From NCBI GenBank assembly GCA_041288095.1, contig JBGGMJ010000158.1:1-64000 (forward strand): a stretch of 64,000 nucleotides of DNA. The letters are read 5' to 3'. Position numbers and translations under genes: made by a program. Origin of the DNA: Myxococcota bacterium (GTDB lineage: Bacteria > Myxococcota > XYA12-FULL-58-9 > JALHOP01). The notes under the pieces were generated by a model. The model searched no databases. It saw only the letters and a program-made list of their open reading frames with translations, and was not told the origin of the DNA. Positions 1-11,744 of this stretch are shown piece after piece. The number at the start of each line of letters is the position of its first letter. Positions within the stretch are counted from its first letter, which is position 1.

Positions 1-1
1 G

Positions 2-157
2 CTGGTCGACGACTTCACCCGTGCCTATCTGCAAGATCTATCGAACCGCTATAACGGAAACATCTCGACCATGGCGCAGGTGGCCGGCATCGCCCGCCAC
101 TACCTGCGTGACCTCATGGTCAAGCACGGCCTGCGCAAAGACAGCGACGAGCCCTGA
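2..157 (+). CDS. 3' end of a probable sigma-54 (NtrC/Fis-family) transcriptional activator, partial at window edge
   Basis: Frame 2 reads LVDDFTRAYLQDLSNRYNGNISTMAQVAGIARHYLRDLMVKHGL..., a Fis-type HTH tail (GNIS..A..AGI.R..L...M.KHGL); TGA at 155-157. Confidence 0.7.
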   Translation: MVDDFTRAYLQDLSNRYNGNISTMAQVAGIARHYLRDLMVKHGLRKDSDEP

Positions 158-186
158 CGAACACCTACGGGTGGCAGTGCGGCACC

Positions 187-852
187 TCAATGCACGCGCT
201 CGGCTTCGGAGACCTTCAGGTAGCGCGGAACCAGCTGGGCGACATCGTCGGCGGCGCCTCCGCGCAGGCGGGCCTCGGCAAGCAACAGACTCCAAGCCAC
301 GCGCATGGGCTTCACGTGAGCGTCATCGAGGACCCGCGCGGCGGGAAAGCGAGCGCGCACAGGAGCAAAACCCTCCGGTGTCGTCAGCGCATCCGCGGCG
401 AGCTCCCGTGCTCCGCCCTCGCCTACCTCGTAGACCGCCGTGAAGATCTCGCCCCGACGTGCCTCGAGGGTGAACGCCACGATTCCGGGTTCTTGCGAGG
501 CAGCGAGGGTTGCAAGGCTCGATACGCCGTAGAGCGGCACGCCACCCGCGTAGGCCATGCCCTTGGCGAGCGCGAGCCCGACGCGCAAGCCGGTGAAAGA
601 ACCGGGGCCCAAGCCGACGACGATAGCCTTCAAGCGCTTCACCGCCTCGGGATGCTCGCCCGCCGCCTTCGCAAGCGCCGCCCCGATGGCCTCTGACTGC
701 TGCGACTCGGAGGCGAAGCTCTCCTCGATCACTTCGCCCGGCGCCCAGGCGACGCGGCAGAGGGTCGCGACGCCGGAGGTGTCGATGGCGAGCAGCGGTC
801 CACCGAGCGCATCAGCGAGCGCGAGCAGCCGATCTTCGAAGGGCGATGCCAT
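187..852 (-). CDS. tsaB: tRNA threonylcarbamoyladenosine biosynthesis protein TsaB
   Basis: LLAIDTS start, GLGPGSFTGLRVG motif, EARRGEIF, C-terminal P.YL..SEAER. Confidence 0.93.
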   Translation of the reverse strand: MASPFEDRLLALADALGGPLLAIDTSGVATLCRVAWAPGEVIEESFASESQQSEAIGAALAKAAGEHPEAVKRLKAIVVGLGPGSFTGLRVGLALAKGMAYAGGVPLYGVSSLATLAASQEPGIVAFTLEARRGEIFTAVYEVGEGGARELAADALTTPEGFAPVRARFPAARVLDDAHVKPMRVAWSLLLAEARLRGGAADDVAQLVPRYLKVSEAERVH

Positions 853-894
853 GCGGCCGTGCGGCTATCACAGGGAACCGCGCGCGCAAACCGC

Positions 895-1785
895 TCAGAC
901 GGGAATGCGCCACCCGAGAGTCGCGCCTTCGATGGCGGCGAGCAGGTCGGGGTTCCCAAGGTTGAGCTTACGGGCTTGCTCTTGGGCCGCGGTACGCGTG
1001 GCGACGCCGGCGAAGTGTGGCCGCACTTGCTCGCGCGCGAAGGCGAGCGCGGTGGTCATGCGCGCGTTCGGAATGCCCTCCTGCTCGCCCTGGTAACCGA
1101 AGGGCACGAGACCGGTCTGCAAGCTCGAGAGCACCTGCTGCAGGTTCGACGAGGCCGACGGGTAACGCGCCTCGATGGCGTCGAGCCCTTGGCGTAGGTT
1201 CTTCGGCTGTCGCTCGAGGAGCATCGAGAAAACTTGGCGCTGGTTCTCGGGGCGGGCGAACCATTCGCGGAAGTCGACCGAGACGCCGCGAAGCTGGCTG
1301 TGATCGGGCAGCTGCCGCCCAGCACGACGTGGCGCGGATTTCGGCTCGGCCAAAACGGGTCGCGGTGTCTCGGGCACGACCGGCGCCGCGCCTTCGGGCG
1401 CGCGGCCGGCGAGCGGGGTCTGGGTGCCGAGCGCCTCTGTCATGCGGCGCAGCGCCGACCAGGCACGCGCCTGCACCTGAGTCGGCTGGCCCTGGAGGCG
1501 CGCAAGATCGAAGACAGTCACCGACCCGCGCTCGCCGTTCATGGCGCGCGCCGCATCGGCGACGGCGCGACCGAGCTCACTGTCGGGCTCGAATCCGCTG
1601 GCGCGGACATGGGCGGTGATGCCGGGCCCGCGGTGCGTCAGGTCGCGCTGGACGAATAACTGCTCCGGCGGACCGAGCTCCTCGGGGAAACCGATCGAGC
1701 GCACGAGCTGCTCGACCTCCGGGGAAAGGACGGGAGCGGAACCTTCACGCGCGCCAACGACGCCCGACACCGGTTGCAGAGCCAT
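895..1785 (-). CDS. Hypothetical protein (~296 aa)
   Basis: Fills the gap between rseP and tsaB on the same strand; AGAGG upstream of ATG at 1785; no recognisable motif. Confidence 0.6.
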   Translation of the reverse strand: MALQPVSGVVGAREGSAPVLSPEVEQLVRSIGFPEELGPPEQLFVQRDLTHRGPGITAHVRASGFEPDSELGRAVADAARAMNGERGSVTVFDLARLQGQPTQVQARAWSALRRMTEALGTQTPLAGRAPEGAAPVVPETPRPVLAEPKSAPRRAGRQLPDHSQLRGVSVDFREWFARPENQRQVFSMLLERQPKNLRQGLDAIEARYPSASSNLQQVLSSLQTGLVPFGYQGEQEGIPNARMTTALAFAREQVRPHFAGVATRTAAQEQARKLNLGNPDLLAAIEGATLGWRIPV

Positions 1786-1847
1786 ACACAACCTCTACGC
1801 GCCCCGCCGAAAGCCGGCTACGCCGCGCGGCCTGCCAGTTTGTCAGA

Positions 1848-3515
<1,668 letters not shown>

Positions 3516-3665
3516 AGGGGGCCTCGAGATTTAATGTCGACCGCCGGGTCCGAGAGGTCAAGCGCACCTGTTGGACGCCCGAGAATCATCAGAAATTCCG
3601 ACAAAACAGCCACTTACGTGCTAGGAAACGCGCCTTCGAGCCGGAGCTGGTCCCTGGGGGTGGGC

Positions 3666-4805
3666 ATGCAGCGCATCGACGCCGAGTTTCGCGACCGCTT
3701 TGGGCGCGCGCCGCGAGTCTTCAGGGCGCCCGGCCGAGTCAATCTCATCGGCGAGCATACCGACTACAACGACGGCTTCGTCATGCCGGTCGCCATCGAC
3801 TTCGCCGCGACCGTCGCAATCGCGCCGCGCGACGACCGCGTCCTGCGCATGTATTCACCGAGCTACGGCGAGACCTGCGAGGTCGACCTCGCGCTTGCGC
3901 CGCGACCGCGCCGGCATTGGAGCGACTACATCGTCGGCGTGGCGGTCGCGCTCGAACGAGCCGGCATGCGGGTGCGCGGCGGCGACATGCTCGTCCACGG
4001 CTCGGTGCCCATGGGAGCGGGGCTGTCCTCGTCGGCGGCCCTCGAGGTGGCGAGTGGGCTCGCGCTCGCCGCGAGCAGCGGCGTTGCCGTCGATCGCGTA
4101 ACCCTCGCGCGCGCGTGCCAAGCGGCGGAGAACGACTTCGTCGGCATGCGTTGCGGCATCATGGATCAGTTCATCTCGAGCTGCGGCGAAGCTGGTAAGG
4201 CGCTGATGCTCGACTGCCGGTCGCTCACCTATGCGCTCGTGCCGCTGCCGGGCGACATCAAGGTCATGGTCGTGAACTCGATGGTAAAACACGAGCTCGC
4301 GAGCAGCGCTTACAACGAGCGCCGGGCGCAATGCGAAGAAGGCGTGCGCCTGTTGCGCGAGTTCCACCCTCGCGTCGCGGCGCTGCGTGACGCGAGCGAG
4401 CAGATGCTGGCCGAGGTTGCGTTGCCACCGGTGGTTTCGCGGCGTTGTCGGCATGTCGTGCGCGAAAACGCGCGCGTGACCGCGGCGGCGGATGCGTTCA
4501 GCCGCGGAGATCTCGCGATGGTAGGCGCCTTGATGTGGACTTCGCACGCGAGCTTGCGCGACGACTACGAGGTGAGCTGCCGCGAGCTCGACGTGCTGGT
4601 CGAGCTTGCCCGCGAGGCGCCGGGAGTGCTCGGGAGCCGCATGACGGGCGGCGGCTTCGGCGGCTGTACCGTCTCGCTCGTCGATGCCGCTAAAGCGGAT
4701 GCTTTCGCCGCGGCCATGAGCCGTGGTTACGTTGCCGCGGGCTACACCATGCCGGAGATTTACGCCTGCGTCCCCTCGCGCGGCGCGCACGAGGTGACCG
4801 CGTGA
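3666..4805 (+). CDS. galK: Galactokinase
   Basis: APGRVNLIGEHTDYNDGFV, GAGLSSSAA, CGIMDQF and SRMTGGGFGGC; true start is ATG 3666 inside the 936-aa ORF. Confidence 0.95.
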   Translation: MQRIDAEFRDRFGRAPRVFRAPGRVNLIGEHTDYNDGFVMPVAIDFAATVAIAPRDDRVLRMYSPSYGETCEVDLALAPRPRRHWSDYIVGVAVALERAGMRVRGGDMLVHGSVPMGAGLSSSAALEVASGLALAASSGVAVDRVTLARACQAAENDFVGMRCGIMDQFISSCGEAGKALMLDCRSLTYALVPLPGDIKVMVVNSMVKHELASSAYNERRAQCEEGVRLLREFHPRVAALRDASEQMLAEVALPPVVSRRCRHVVRENARVTAAADAFSRGDLAMVGALMWTSHASLRDDYEVSCRELDVLVELAREAPGVLGSRMTGGGFGGCTVSLVDAAKADAFAAAMSRGYVAAGYTMPEIYACVPSRGAHEVTA

Positions 4806-5896
4806 GCCACCTCATTGGAGCCGTGTTCGTCATGACGACCCTTTCCGCGCAAACGACCGTGACCAAAGCGAGCTGGGGCACGACGCAGGACGGCAAGCCG
4901 GTCGAGCTCTACACGCTCACCTCGCCGAGGCTCACGGTGCGCCTGGCGACCTACGGCGCGCGCATCGTCGGCATCGACGCCGCGGACGCCAAAGGCAAAA
5001 AGGCGGACGTGGTGCTCGGCTACGCCGATCTCGCGAGCTACGAGCGCGACCGCAGCACCTACTTCGGCGCCATCGTCGGCCGCTACGGCAATCGCATCGC
5101 CAAGGGCAAGTTCGCGATCGACGGCGTGACGTTCCAAGTGCCGCCGAACAACAACGGTAACGCCTTGCACGGGGGTCCCACGGGGTTCGACCGGCGGGTG
5201 TGGTCGGCGCGCGAGATGCCGGGTGGCGTCGAGATGACCCTCGTCAGCCCCGACGGCGATATGGGTTTTCCCGGCTCATTGACCGCTAACGTGGAGTACA
5301 CGCTCGACGGTGCCGCCCTGCGCATCACGTACAGCGCGACGACCACCAAGGCGACGGTCGTGAATCTCACGAACCACGCCTATTTCAACCTCGCCGGTGA
5401 AGGCTCGGGCAACATCGAGAAGCACGTTCTGACTCTCGCCGCCTCCCGCTACACACCGGTCGACGCGGGCGTCATCCCCACCGGGGAGCTCGCCCCCGTG
5501 ACCGGCACACCGTTCGACTTCCGCCAGCCGACCGTCATTGGCGCGCGCATCGCGGCGGCGCATCCACAAATCGAGATCGGGCACGGCTATGACCACAACT
5601 TCGTGCTCGATGGTGACGAGAGCCAGCGCCTCGCCGCGCGCGTCCGCGACCCAGCGACTGGGCGTGTGCTCACGGTGACGACCACCGAGCCCGGCGTGCA
5701 GTTTTATGCCGGCAATTTCCTCGACGGTACGCTCACCGGGAAATCGCGCGTGAAGTACGCGCCACGCGCCGGCTTTTGCTTGGAGACCCAGCACTACCCC
5801 GATTCGCCTAATCGACCCGCGTTCCCGACGACGACGCTGCGCCCCGAGGCCACCCTGCGCTCGCAGACGGTGTTCGCGTTCTCCACCGAGCCCTAA
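4802..5896 (+). CDS. galM: Aldose 1-epimerase (galactose mutarotase), possible short signal peptide
   Basis: GRYGNRIAKG, LHGG, NLTNHAYFNL, GYDHNF, CLETQHYPDSPN; 4-nt overlap with galK stop. Confidence 0.95.
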   Translation: MSHLIGAVFVMTTLSAQTTVTKASWGTTQDGKPVELYTLTSPRLTVRLATYGARIVGIDAADAKGKKADVVLGYADLASYERDRSTYFGAIVGRYGNRIAKGKFAIDGVTFQVPPNNNGNALHGGPTGFDRRVWSAREMPGGVEMTLVSPDGDMGFPGSLTANVEYTLDGAALRITYSATTTKATVVNLTNHAYFNLAGEGSGNIEKHVLTLAASRYTPVDAGVIPTGELAPVTGTPFDFRQPTVIGARIAAAHPQIEIGHGYDHNFVLDGDESQRLAARVRDPATGRVLTVTTTEPGVQFYAGNFLDGTLTGKSRVKYAPRAGFCLETQHYPDSPNRPAFPTTTLRPEATLRSQTVFAFSTEP

Positions 5897-5901
5897 AGAC
5901 G

Positions 5902-7299
5902 CTAACGAAAGACGTAGGCCGCGCCCGAGCTTTCAATCGAGTCCGTGCCGGGATCTCCAGAGAGCTCGGCGCCGGCGCCGTCTTCGCCGGGCGCCCCGAC
6001 CACCACGGTCTCGCCACGGGCGTCGATGGTGACGGCGACGCCACCCAGGTCGTTCGCCGACGCGTTCGCCGCGATCAGCGGCTCGCCAGGGAGCCACGCC
6101 TTGCCGTCCCAGCGAAAGACGCGGGCGCCGCCGCGGTAGTTGAAGCGATCGACGGCGTTGCCGATGACCAAGGCGTTGCCGGCGAAGTCGAGGGCGAGCC
6201 TCTCTCCAGCGCCGGGAAACTGCGCCGCCGCGAACCAACCATGCTCACCGTTGCGATAGACGTGAACGCAATCGCGGGCAGGCTCGATGGCCGCGACGAC
6301 GTGGCCGCTGCCTGAAACGACGCCGCGCTGGCCCGGGAGCGTCAGGACCTCGCGCATGCCGGCCTTGGTTTGCGTGTAGACGCGGGTCGTGACCTCGCCG
6401 CTGACCGCGAGCGTCGTGCCGTCGGCGCCCAAGCTCACGGCTTCGCCGAAGCGCTCGCCGGCCGGCGCGCCAGCGACACGCTCGACGGTCCGCCAAGCAC
6501 GTTTGCGCGAGACCAGGTAGGCGGCGTCCTCGCCGGGAGCGCCCACGACCAGCGTATCCCAGCTCAAGGCTACCGAGGCGCCGAAGCCGCCGCCGCGCGT
6601 GGGCTCTCGAGGCTTCACCAGCGTGACGTGCCGCCAGCCTCGGCGTTGACGCTCGAAGATTTCGACGGCGCCGCTACCGGTCGCGCCGCTGTCCTCGTCG
6701 GGCTCGCCGACAGCGAGGAGCTTGCCGTCGCTCGACAATGCCACCGCCGCGCCGAACCCGTGCGCGGGCAGACGCGACTTCACGTAGCCGTCGAAGCGCC
6801 AGCTCTCCCCCGCCCGGCTGTACACGTAGACCGCCCCGCTATCGACGCGCTTGTTGTCGGTCTGCTTACCGCCGGCGCCGAGTGACTTGCCGTCCTCGCC
6901 CGGCGCACCGACCGCCAAAGCAGACCCGTCCGCGGATATGGCGAGCGCCACTCCGAACCCGTCACCGACGTCGGGGTTGCTCGCCTTGACGTAAGCGGTT
7001 TGCTTGGGCGGACGAGAGCGCATGGTCACCAGCGTCGTGGCGCCACTCTCGTCCGTCACCTCGACGCGCGTCGTGGTGCCACGCGGCACCGTGGTGAGCC
7101 GTACGGCGACACCGTCGATGTGCACCCGAGCATCGGGTGATTTCGGCGCGATGGACAACGAGAACCCCGCCGCGCCGAGCGGCAAGTCGACGTCGTAGGC
7201 CTCGATCTCCGGCGCGAACGGCGGATAGAGCTTGCCCGGAAAGACGGTAATGCCCGCGATAGCGGAGGCATCGGCGAAAGCCGAGACCGGAGTCGACAA
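5902..7299 (-). CDS. FG-GAP/integrin-like beta-propeller protein with N-terminal cadherin-like beta-sandwich; start uncertain (TTG 7299 or ATG 7458)
   Basis: YVKASN...FG..LAIS.DG..LAVGAPGED repeats and SGAVYVY/SGAAYVF repeats. Confidence 0.8.
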   Translation of the reverse strand: MSTPVSAFADASAIAGITVFPGKLYPPFAPEIEAYDVDLPLGAAGFSLSIAPKSPDARVHIDGVAVRLTTVPRGTTTRVEVTDESGATTLVTMRSRPPKQTAYVKASNPDVGDGFGVALAISADGSALAVGAPGEDGKSLGAGGKQTDNKRVDSGAVYVYSRAGESWRFDGYVKSRLPAHGFGAAVALSSDGKLLAVGEPDEDSGATGSGAVEIFERQRRGWRHVTLVKPREPTRGGGFGASVALSWDTLVVGAPGEDAAYLVSRKRAWRTVERVAGAPAGERFGEAVSLGADGTTLAVSGEVTTRVYTQTKAGMREVLTLPGQRGVVSGSGHVVAAIEPARDCVHVYRNGEHGWFAAAQFPGAGERLALDFAGNALVIGNAVDRFNYRGGARVFRWDGKAWLPGEPLIAANASANDLGGVAVTIDARGETVVVGAPGEDGAGAELSGDPGTDSIESSGAAYVFR

Positions 7300-7313
7300 G
7301 CACGCAGCGAGCG

Positions 7314-8114
7314 CTAGAAAACGAAGACCGCCAAGTACAAGTAGATGGCAGGCGCCACGAACATCACCGCGTCGAAGCGGTCGAGCACGCCGCCGTGCCC
7401 CGGAATGAGCGTCGAGCTGTCCTTGGCGCCGACGCTGCGCTTCAGCATCGATTCGCATAGATCACCCGCGGTGCCGAGGAGCGCGGCGATGCAGCCGATG
7501 ACGACGGCGTCGACCATGGAGATGGGCAGCGCGAAGAAATGGCGCACGAGGACGGCGACGAGCACCGACAAGAGCAGGCCGCCGACCAAGCCCTCGATGG
7601 TCTTCGAGGGGGAGATCTTGGGATAGAGCTTGTGCTTACCGAGAGCGCGCCCCGCGAAATAGGCACCGGTGTCCGAGGCCCAGGTGCAGAACAAGGCACC
7701 AAAGGCGAAGCCGAGACCGCCGGTCGTGTCGCGCAATAGCGACAGGTAGGGAATGAGGCCGCAACAGTAGCCGACCCCCAGGACCATGAACGCGGTGCGA
7801 CGAATCGAGGCATCGATGGGCTCCGGACGCAGCAGCGCCGAGAGCAAGAGCACGATGGTCGACAGGGGCCACAGCGTGCCGAGTGGTACGCTATAGCGCC
7901 AACCCAACGTACCGATGCAGACGGCGATGCCTAGCGCGTAAGCGAACGCTTTAGCGTACGCTTCCTTGGAACCCAAGGTGAGCTGGAGGTATTCCCACAG
8001 CCCCACCATGGCGATGGCCACGCACAAGCCACCCAGCCAGTACCCACCCAGCCAGACCAGCAGGGCAAGCAGCGGCGCGAAGATCACCGCCACGATGACA
8101 CGCGTCTTGAGCAA
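7314..8114 (-). CDS. cdsA: Phosphatidate cytidylyltransferase
   Basis: DTGAYFAG, ISPSKTIEG, GDLCESMLKR..GAKDS..IPGHGGVLDRFD. Confidence 0.96.
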   Translation of the reverse strand: MLKTRVIVAVIFAPLLALLVWLGGYWLGGLCVAIAMVGLWEYLQLTLGSKEAYAKAFAYALGIAVCIGTLGWRYSVPLGTLWPLSTIVLLLSALLRPEPIDASIRRTAFMVLGVGYCCGLIPYLSLLRDTTGGLGFAFGALFCTWASDTGAYFAGRALGKHKLYPKISPSKTIEGLVGGLLLSVLVAVLVRHFFALPISMVDAVVIGCIAALLGTAGDLCESMLKRSVGAKDSSTLIPGHGGVLDRFDAVMFVAPAIYLYLAVFVF

Positions 8115-8120
8115 AGTCGG

Positions 8121-8921
8121 CTAGCCCTTGGCACCCGGGAGGACACGGAGGGGCGATGGTCGATCGTCGAGGACCGGTTCCGCTTTGGCGTCGTTCGAGG
8201 AGATGGCGCCGAAGCGCCGGTCGCGTGAGGCGTACTCCATGAGCGCCTTGTCGAAGTCGGCGCGGCTGAAGTCCGGCCAGCGCACGTCGGTGAAGCAGAG
8301 CTCGGCGTAGGCGAGCTGCCACAACAGGAAGTTCGAGACGCGCTTCTCCCCGGAGGTGCGGATGACGAGGTCCGGATCGGGCATGTCGCAGGTGTCGAGG
8401 CGGCTGCTCACCAGCTCCTCGTCGATGCTCGACGGCTCGAGACGGCCCGCCTTCACGTCGGCGGCGATGAGGCGCGCCGCTTTGACGATCTCCTCGCGCC
8501 CGCCGTAGTCGAGGGCCAAGGTCAGCGTCATGTGGCGGTTGCGGTGCGTCGCATCCATGGTCGCCTGGACCGCCGTGCGCGTGCGCGGCGGAAAGCGCCC
8601 CAAGTCACCGATGACCGACAAGCGAATGTCGTTCTTCATCAGCGTCGGCAGCTCGGCGTTGCAGTAGTCGTGCAGCAGGGTCATCAGCCCAGCGACCTCG
8701 AGCGGTGGCCGGCGCCAGTTCTGGGCGGAGAACGAGTAGAGCGTCAGGTAGTCGATCTCGAGCTCGCGCGCATAGGTCGTGATCTCGCGCACGACGTCGG
8801 CGCCGCGCTTGTGGCCTTCGATGCGCGGCAAACCGCGGTCGGCCGCCCAACGTCCGTTCCCGTCCATGATGACGGCCACGTGCTTCGGCCGGCGGCTCTT
8901 CTCGGGAAACGGTTGCTTCAT
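8121..8921 (-). CDS. uppS: Undecaprenyl diphosphate synthase
   Basis: HVAVIMDGNGRWA, DLVIRTSGEKRVSNFLLWQ, RRFG. Confidence 0.96.
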   Translation of the reverse strand: MKQPFPEKSRRPKHVAVIMDGNGRWAADRGLPRIEGHKRGADVVREITTYARELEIDYLTLYSFSAQNWRRPPLEVAGLMTLLHDYCNAELPTLMKNDIRLSVIGDLGRFPPRTRTAVQATMDATHRNRHMTLTLALDYGGREEIVKAARLIAADVKAGRLEPSSIDEELVSSRLDTCDMPDPDLVIRTSGEKRVSNFLLWQLAYAELCFTDVRWPDFSRADFDKALMEYASRDRRFGAISSNDAKAEPVLDDRPSPLRVLPGAKG

Positions 8922-8942
8922 ATGTTTCGACTCTCGAGAGCG

Positions 8943-9506
8943 TCAGATCTCGAGAATCTCTTTCTCTTTGGCCGCCAAGATCTCGTCGACCTGCTTGGTG
9001 CCGCGATCGATCTCGCCCTGCACCTTCTCGAGGCCCTTCTTGAGCTCGTCTTCCGAGATATCTTTGCCCTTCTCGAGCTCCTTGAGCATGTCATTGGCGT
9101 CGCGGCGGTGATTACGCATGCCGATCTTGGTCTCTTCGCCCTGATTCTTGGCGCGCTTCACCAGATCCTTGCGGCGCTCCTCGTTGAGCGGCGGCACCGG
9201 CAGGCGGATGAGATCACCGTCGTTCTGCGGATTGATGCCGATGTCCGAGTTGCGGATGGCCTTCTCGATCTCGCCGATGAGGTTGCGCTCCCACGGCTTG
9301 ATGGTGATGAGGCGCGCGTCGGCCACCTGGAGGTTCGCCACTTGGTTCAACGGAGTGGGAACGCCGTAGTAGTCGACTTTGATTCCGTCGAGGACACTGA
9401 CGCTGGCGCGTCCGGTACGGAGCTTGCCGAGCTCGGACTTGAACGCCGCGATGGCGGTGTCGATGCTTGTTTTCAGATCGCCGACTACGTCCTCGATCAT
9501 GCCCAT
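8943..9506 (-). CDS. frr: Ribosome recycling factor
   Basis: LRTGRAS, VDYYG, PPLNEERRK, RNHRRDA. Confidence 0.97.
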   Translation of the reverse strand: MGMIEDVVGDLKTSIDTAIAAFKSELGKLRTGRASVSVLDGIKVDYYGVPTPLNQVANLQVADARLITIKPWERNLIGEIEKAIRNSDIGINPQNDGDLIRLPVPPLNEERRKDLVKRAKNQGEETKIGMRNHRRDANDMLKELEKGKDISEDELKKGLEKVQGEIDRGTKQVDEILAAKEKEILEI

Positions 9507-9533
9507 GATGTTCGCTCTCTTTGGTTGTCCGCT

Positions 9534-10295
<762 letters not shown>

Positions 10296-10317
10296 TCAAG
10301 GCAGCATCTCGGGCCTG

Positions 10318-11055
10318 ATGGCCCCACGCATTGGAATTACTTGCGATTTTGAGACCGTGACCGATCGCCGGGGCGCTCCGTCGCCGCGCTTCGTGGCGCC
10401 TGCGGCCTACGTGGCGGCGGTGACCAAGGCGGGCGGCGACCCGATCCTGCTCCCCCACGTCGATCCCGAGCGCGCCCACGCCTATCTCGCGATCCTCGAT
10501 GGTCTCGTGATCGCGGGTGGCGACTTCGATATCCCGCCACGCTACTACGGCGAAGAAGCTCGCCTAGGGCTCGGCAAGCTCCTCGAGGAGCGCAGCGCCT
10601 TCGAGCATCGCCTGCTCGATCTGGCGTTGCAGCGCGACCTCCCCGTGCTCGGCGTCTGCGGCGGCATGCAGCTCCTCAACGTCGTCCTCGGCGGAACCTT
10701 GCATCAAGATCTCACCGAGCGGCCCGGCACCACGGTGCACGTGCAGCCTCATGACAAGCGCACGCCCAGCCACGACGTGAAGGTCATGGCTGGCTCGCTG
10801 CTCGGCCGGGTGACCGGCGCCGCGTCCATCGCCGTGAACAGCACCCATCATCAGATCATCAACACCGTTGGGAAAACGCTGACCGCGAGCGGCATCGCGA
10901 CCGACGGAGTCATCGAGGCCATCGAGGGTCCGCAATACCGGTACGCTCTAGGCGTTCAATGGCACCCTGAGGTGCTCAGCGCTCCCGAGCACGCAGCCAT
11001 CTACCGAGGCTTGGTCGAAGCGTGTCGAGCCGGAGGAAGCTCGCGATCGCCGTAG
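10318..11055 (+). CDS. PuuD-like class I glutamine amidotransferase (peptidase C26 family)
   Basis: GGDFDI.P..YG, LGVCGGMQ, VNSTHHQ, GVQWHPE (Cys-His-Glu triad). Confidence 0.9.
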   Translation: MAPRIGITCDFETVTDRRGAPSPRFVAPAAYVAAVTKAGGDPILLPHVDPERAHAYLAILDGLVIAGGDFDIPPRYYGEEARLGLGKLLEERSAFEHRLLDLALQRDLPVLGVCGGMQLLNVVLGGTLHQDLTERPGTTVHVQPHDKRTPSHDVKVMAGSLLGRVTGAASIAVNSTHHQIINTVGKTLTASGIATDGVIEAIEGPQYRYALGVQWHPEVLSAPEHAAIYRGLVEACRAGGSSRSP

Positions 11056-11058
11056 CGA

Positions 11059-11703
11059 TCAGAGTCCGTCGTCGACCGAGTGCTTGTGCGCGGTGAACAC
11101 TTCGCGGGCTCGGGTAGCCGCGTCATGCGCGGCGCACAACACCAAGTCCACCTTGATGCCCTTCTCGGCGAGACGGGCCGCGACTCCGCGAATGACCGAA
11201 CCATCGGTGAACACCTCGTCGACCAGCACGGTGGTCTTGCGCGGTGACGCGGTGAGCGGATTGTCGTGGACGATCGCCTGCTCGAAGTAGTGCTTGGCCG
11301 GGTGGTCGCCCTGCGGAATCGGGCTCTGCCAGCGGAGCACGTCGAGGACATAGGCGTCCTTGGCCAGGCTGTTCGCGAGCTCGGCGGCCTGAGCCGAGGT
11401 GTCGCAGCTCGCGCGAATGTCGATGGCGCCACCGTTGGGGATCGGGATGAGCGCTACCGGTGTTTGGATCTTCGAGTCGAAGAGATAACGATGCGCGACG
11501 TTCGCGAACCACCGAAGCGCGACCTCGCGTTCGCCGGAGCGGACACCGACCGGCTGCCCGCTGATGCGGACGCTGCACCGGCCGCTGAACGGCTTGCGCT
11601 TCAGGGCCTTGGTGACGAAAAGGCCGTTGTAGTCTTCCTCGTTCCAGTCGAGGCGTTTGTCGTCGCCGGCGCTGGCCGCAAATGAGATGACGGGTAGACC
11701 CAT
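11059..11703 (-). CDS. Phosphoribosyltransferase-like protein with variant PRPP loop
   Basis: LIPIP strand and VLVDEVFTDGS (compare VLVDDVxTTGxT). Confidence 0.6.
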   Translation of the reverse strand: MGLPVISFAASAGDDKRLDWNEEDYNGLFVTKALKRKPFSGRCSVRISGQPVGVRSGEREVALRWFANVAHRYLFDSKIQTPVALIPIPNGGAIDIRASCDTSAQAAELANSLAKDAYVLDVLRWQSPIPQGDHPAKHYFEQAIVHDNPLTASPRKTTVLVDEVFTDGSVIRGVAARLAEKGIKVDLVLCAAHDAATRAREVFTAHKHSVDDGL

Positions 11704-11744
11704 GGCGTGGGGAACCCTACACCGCGACGAAGAGTCGCGCCAAT

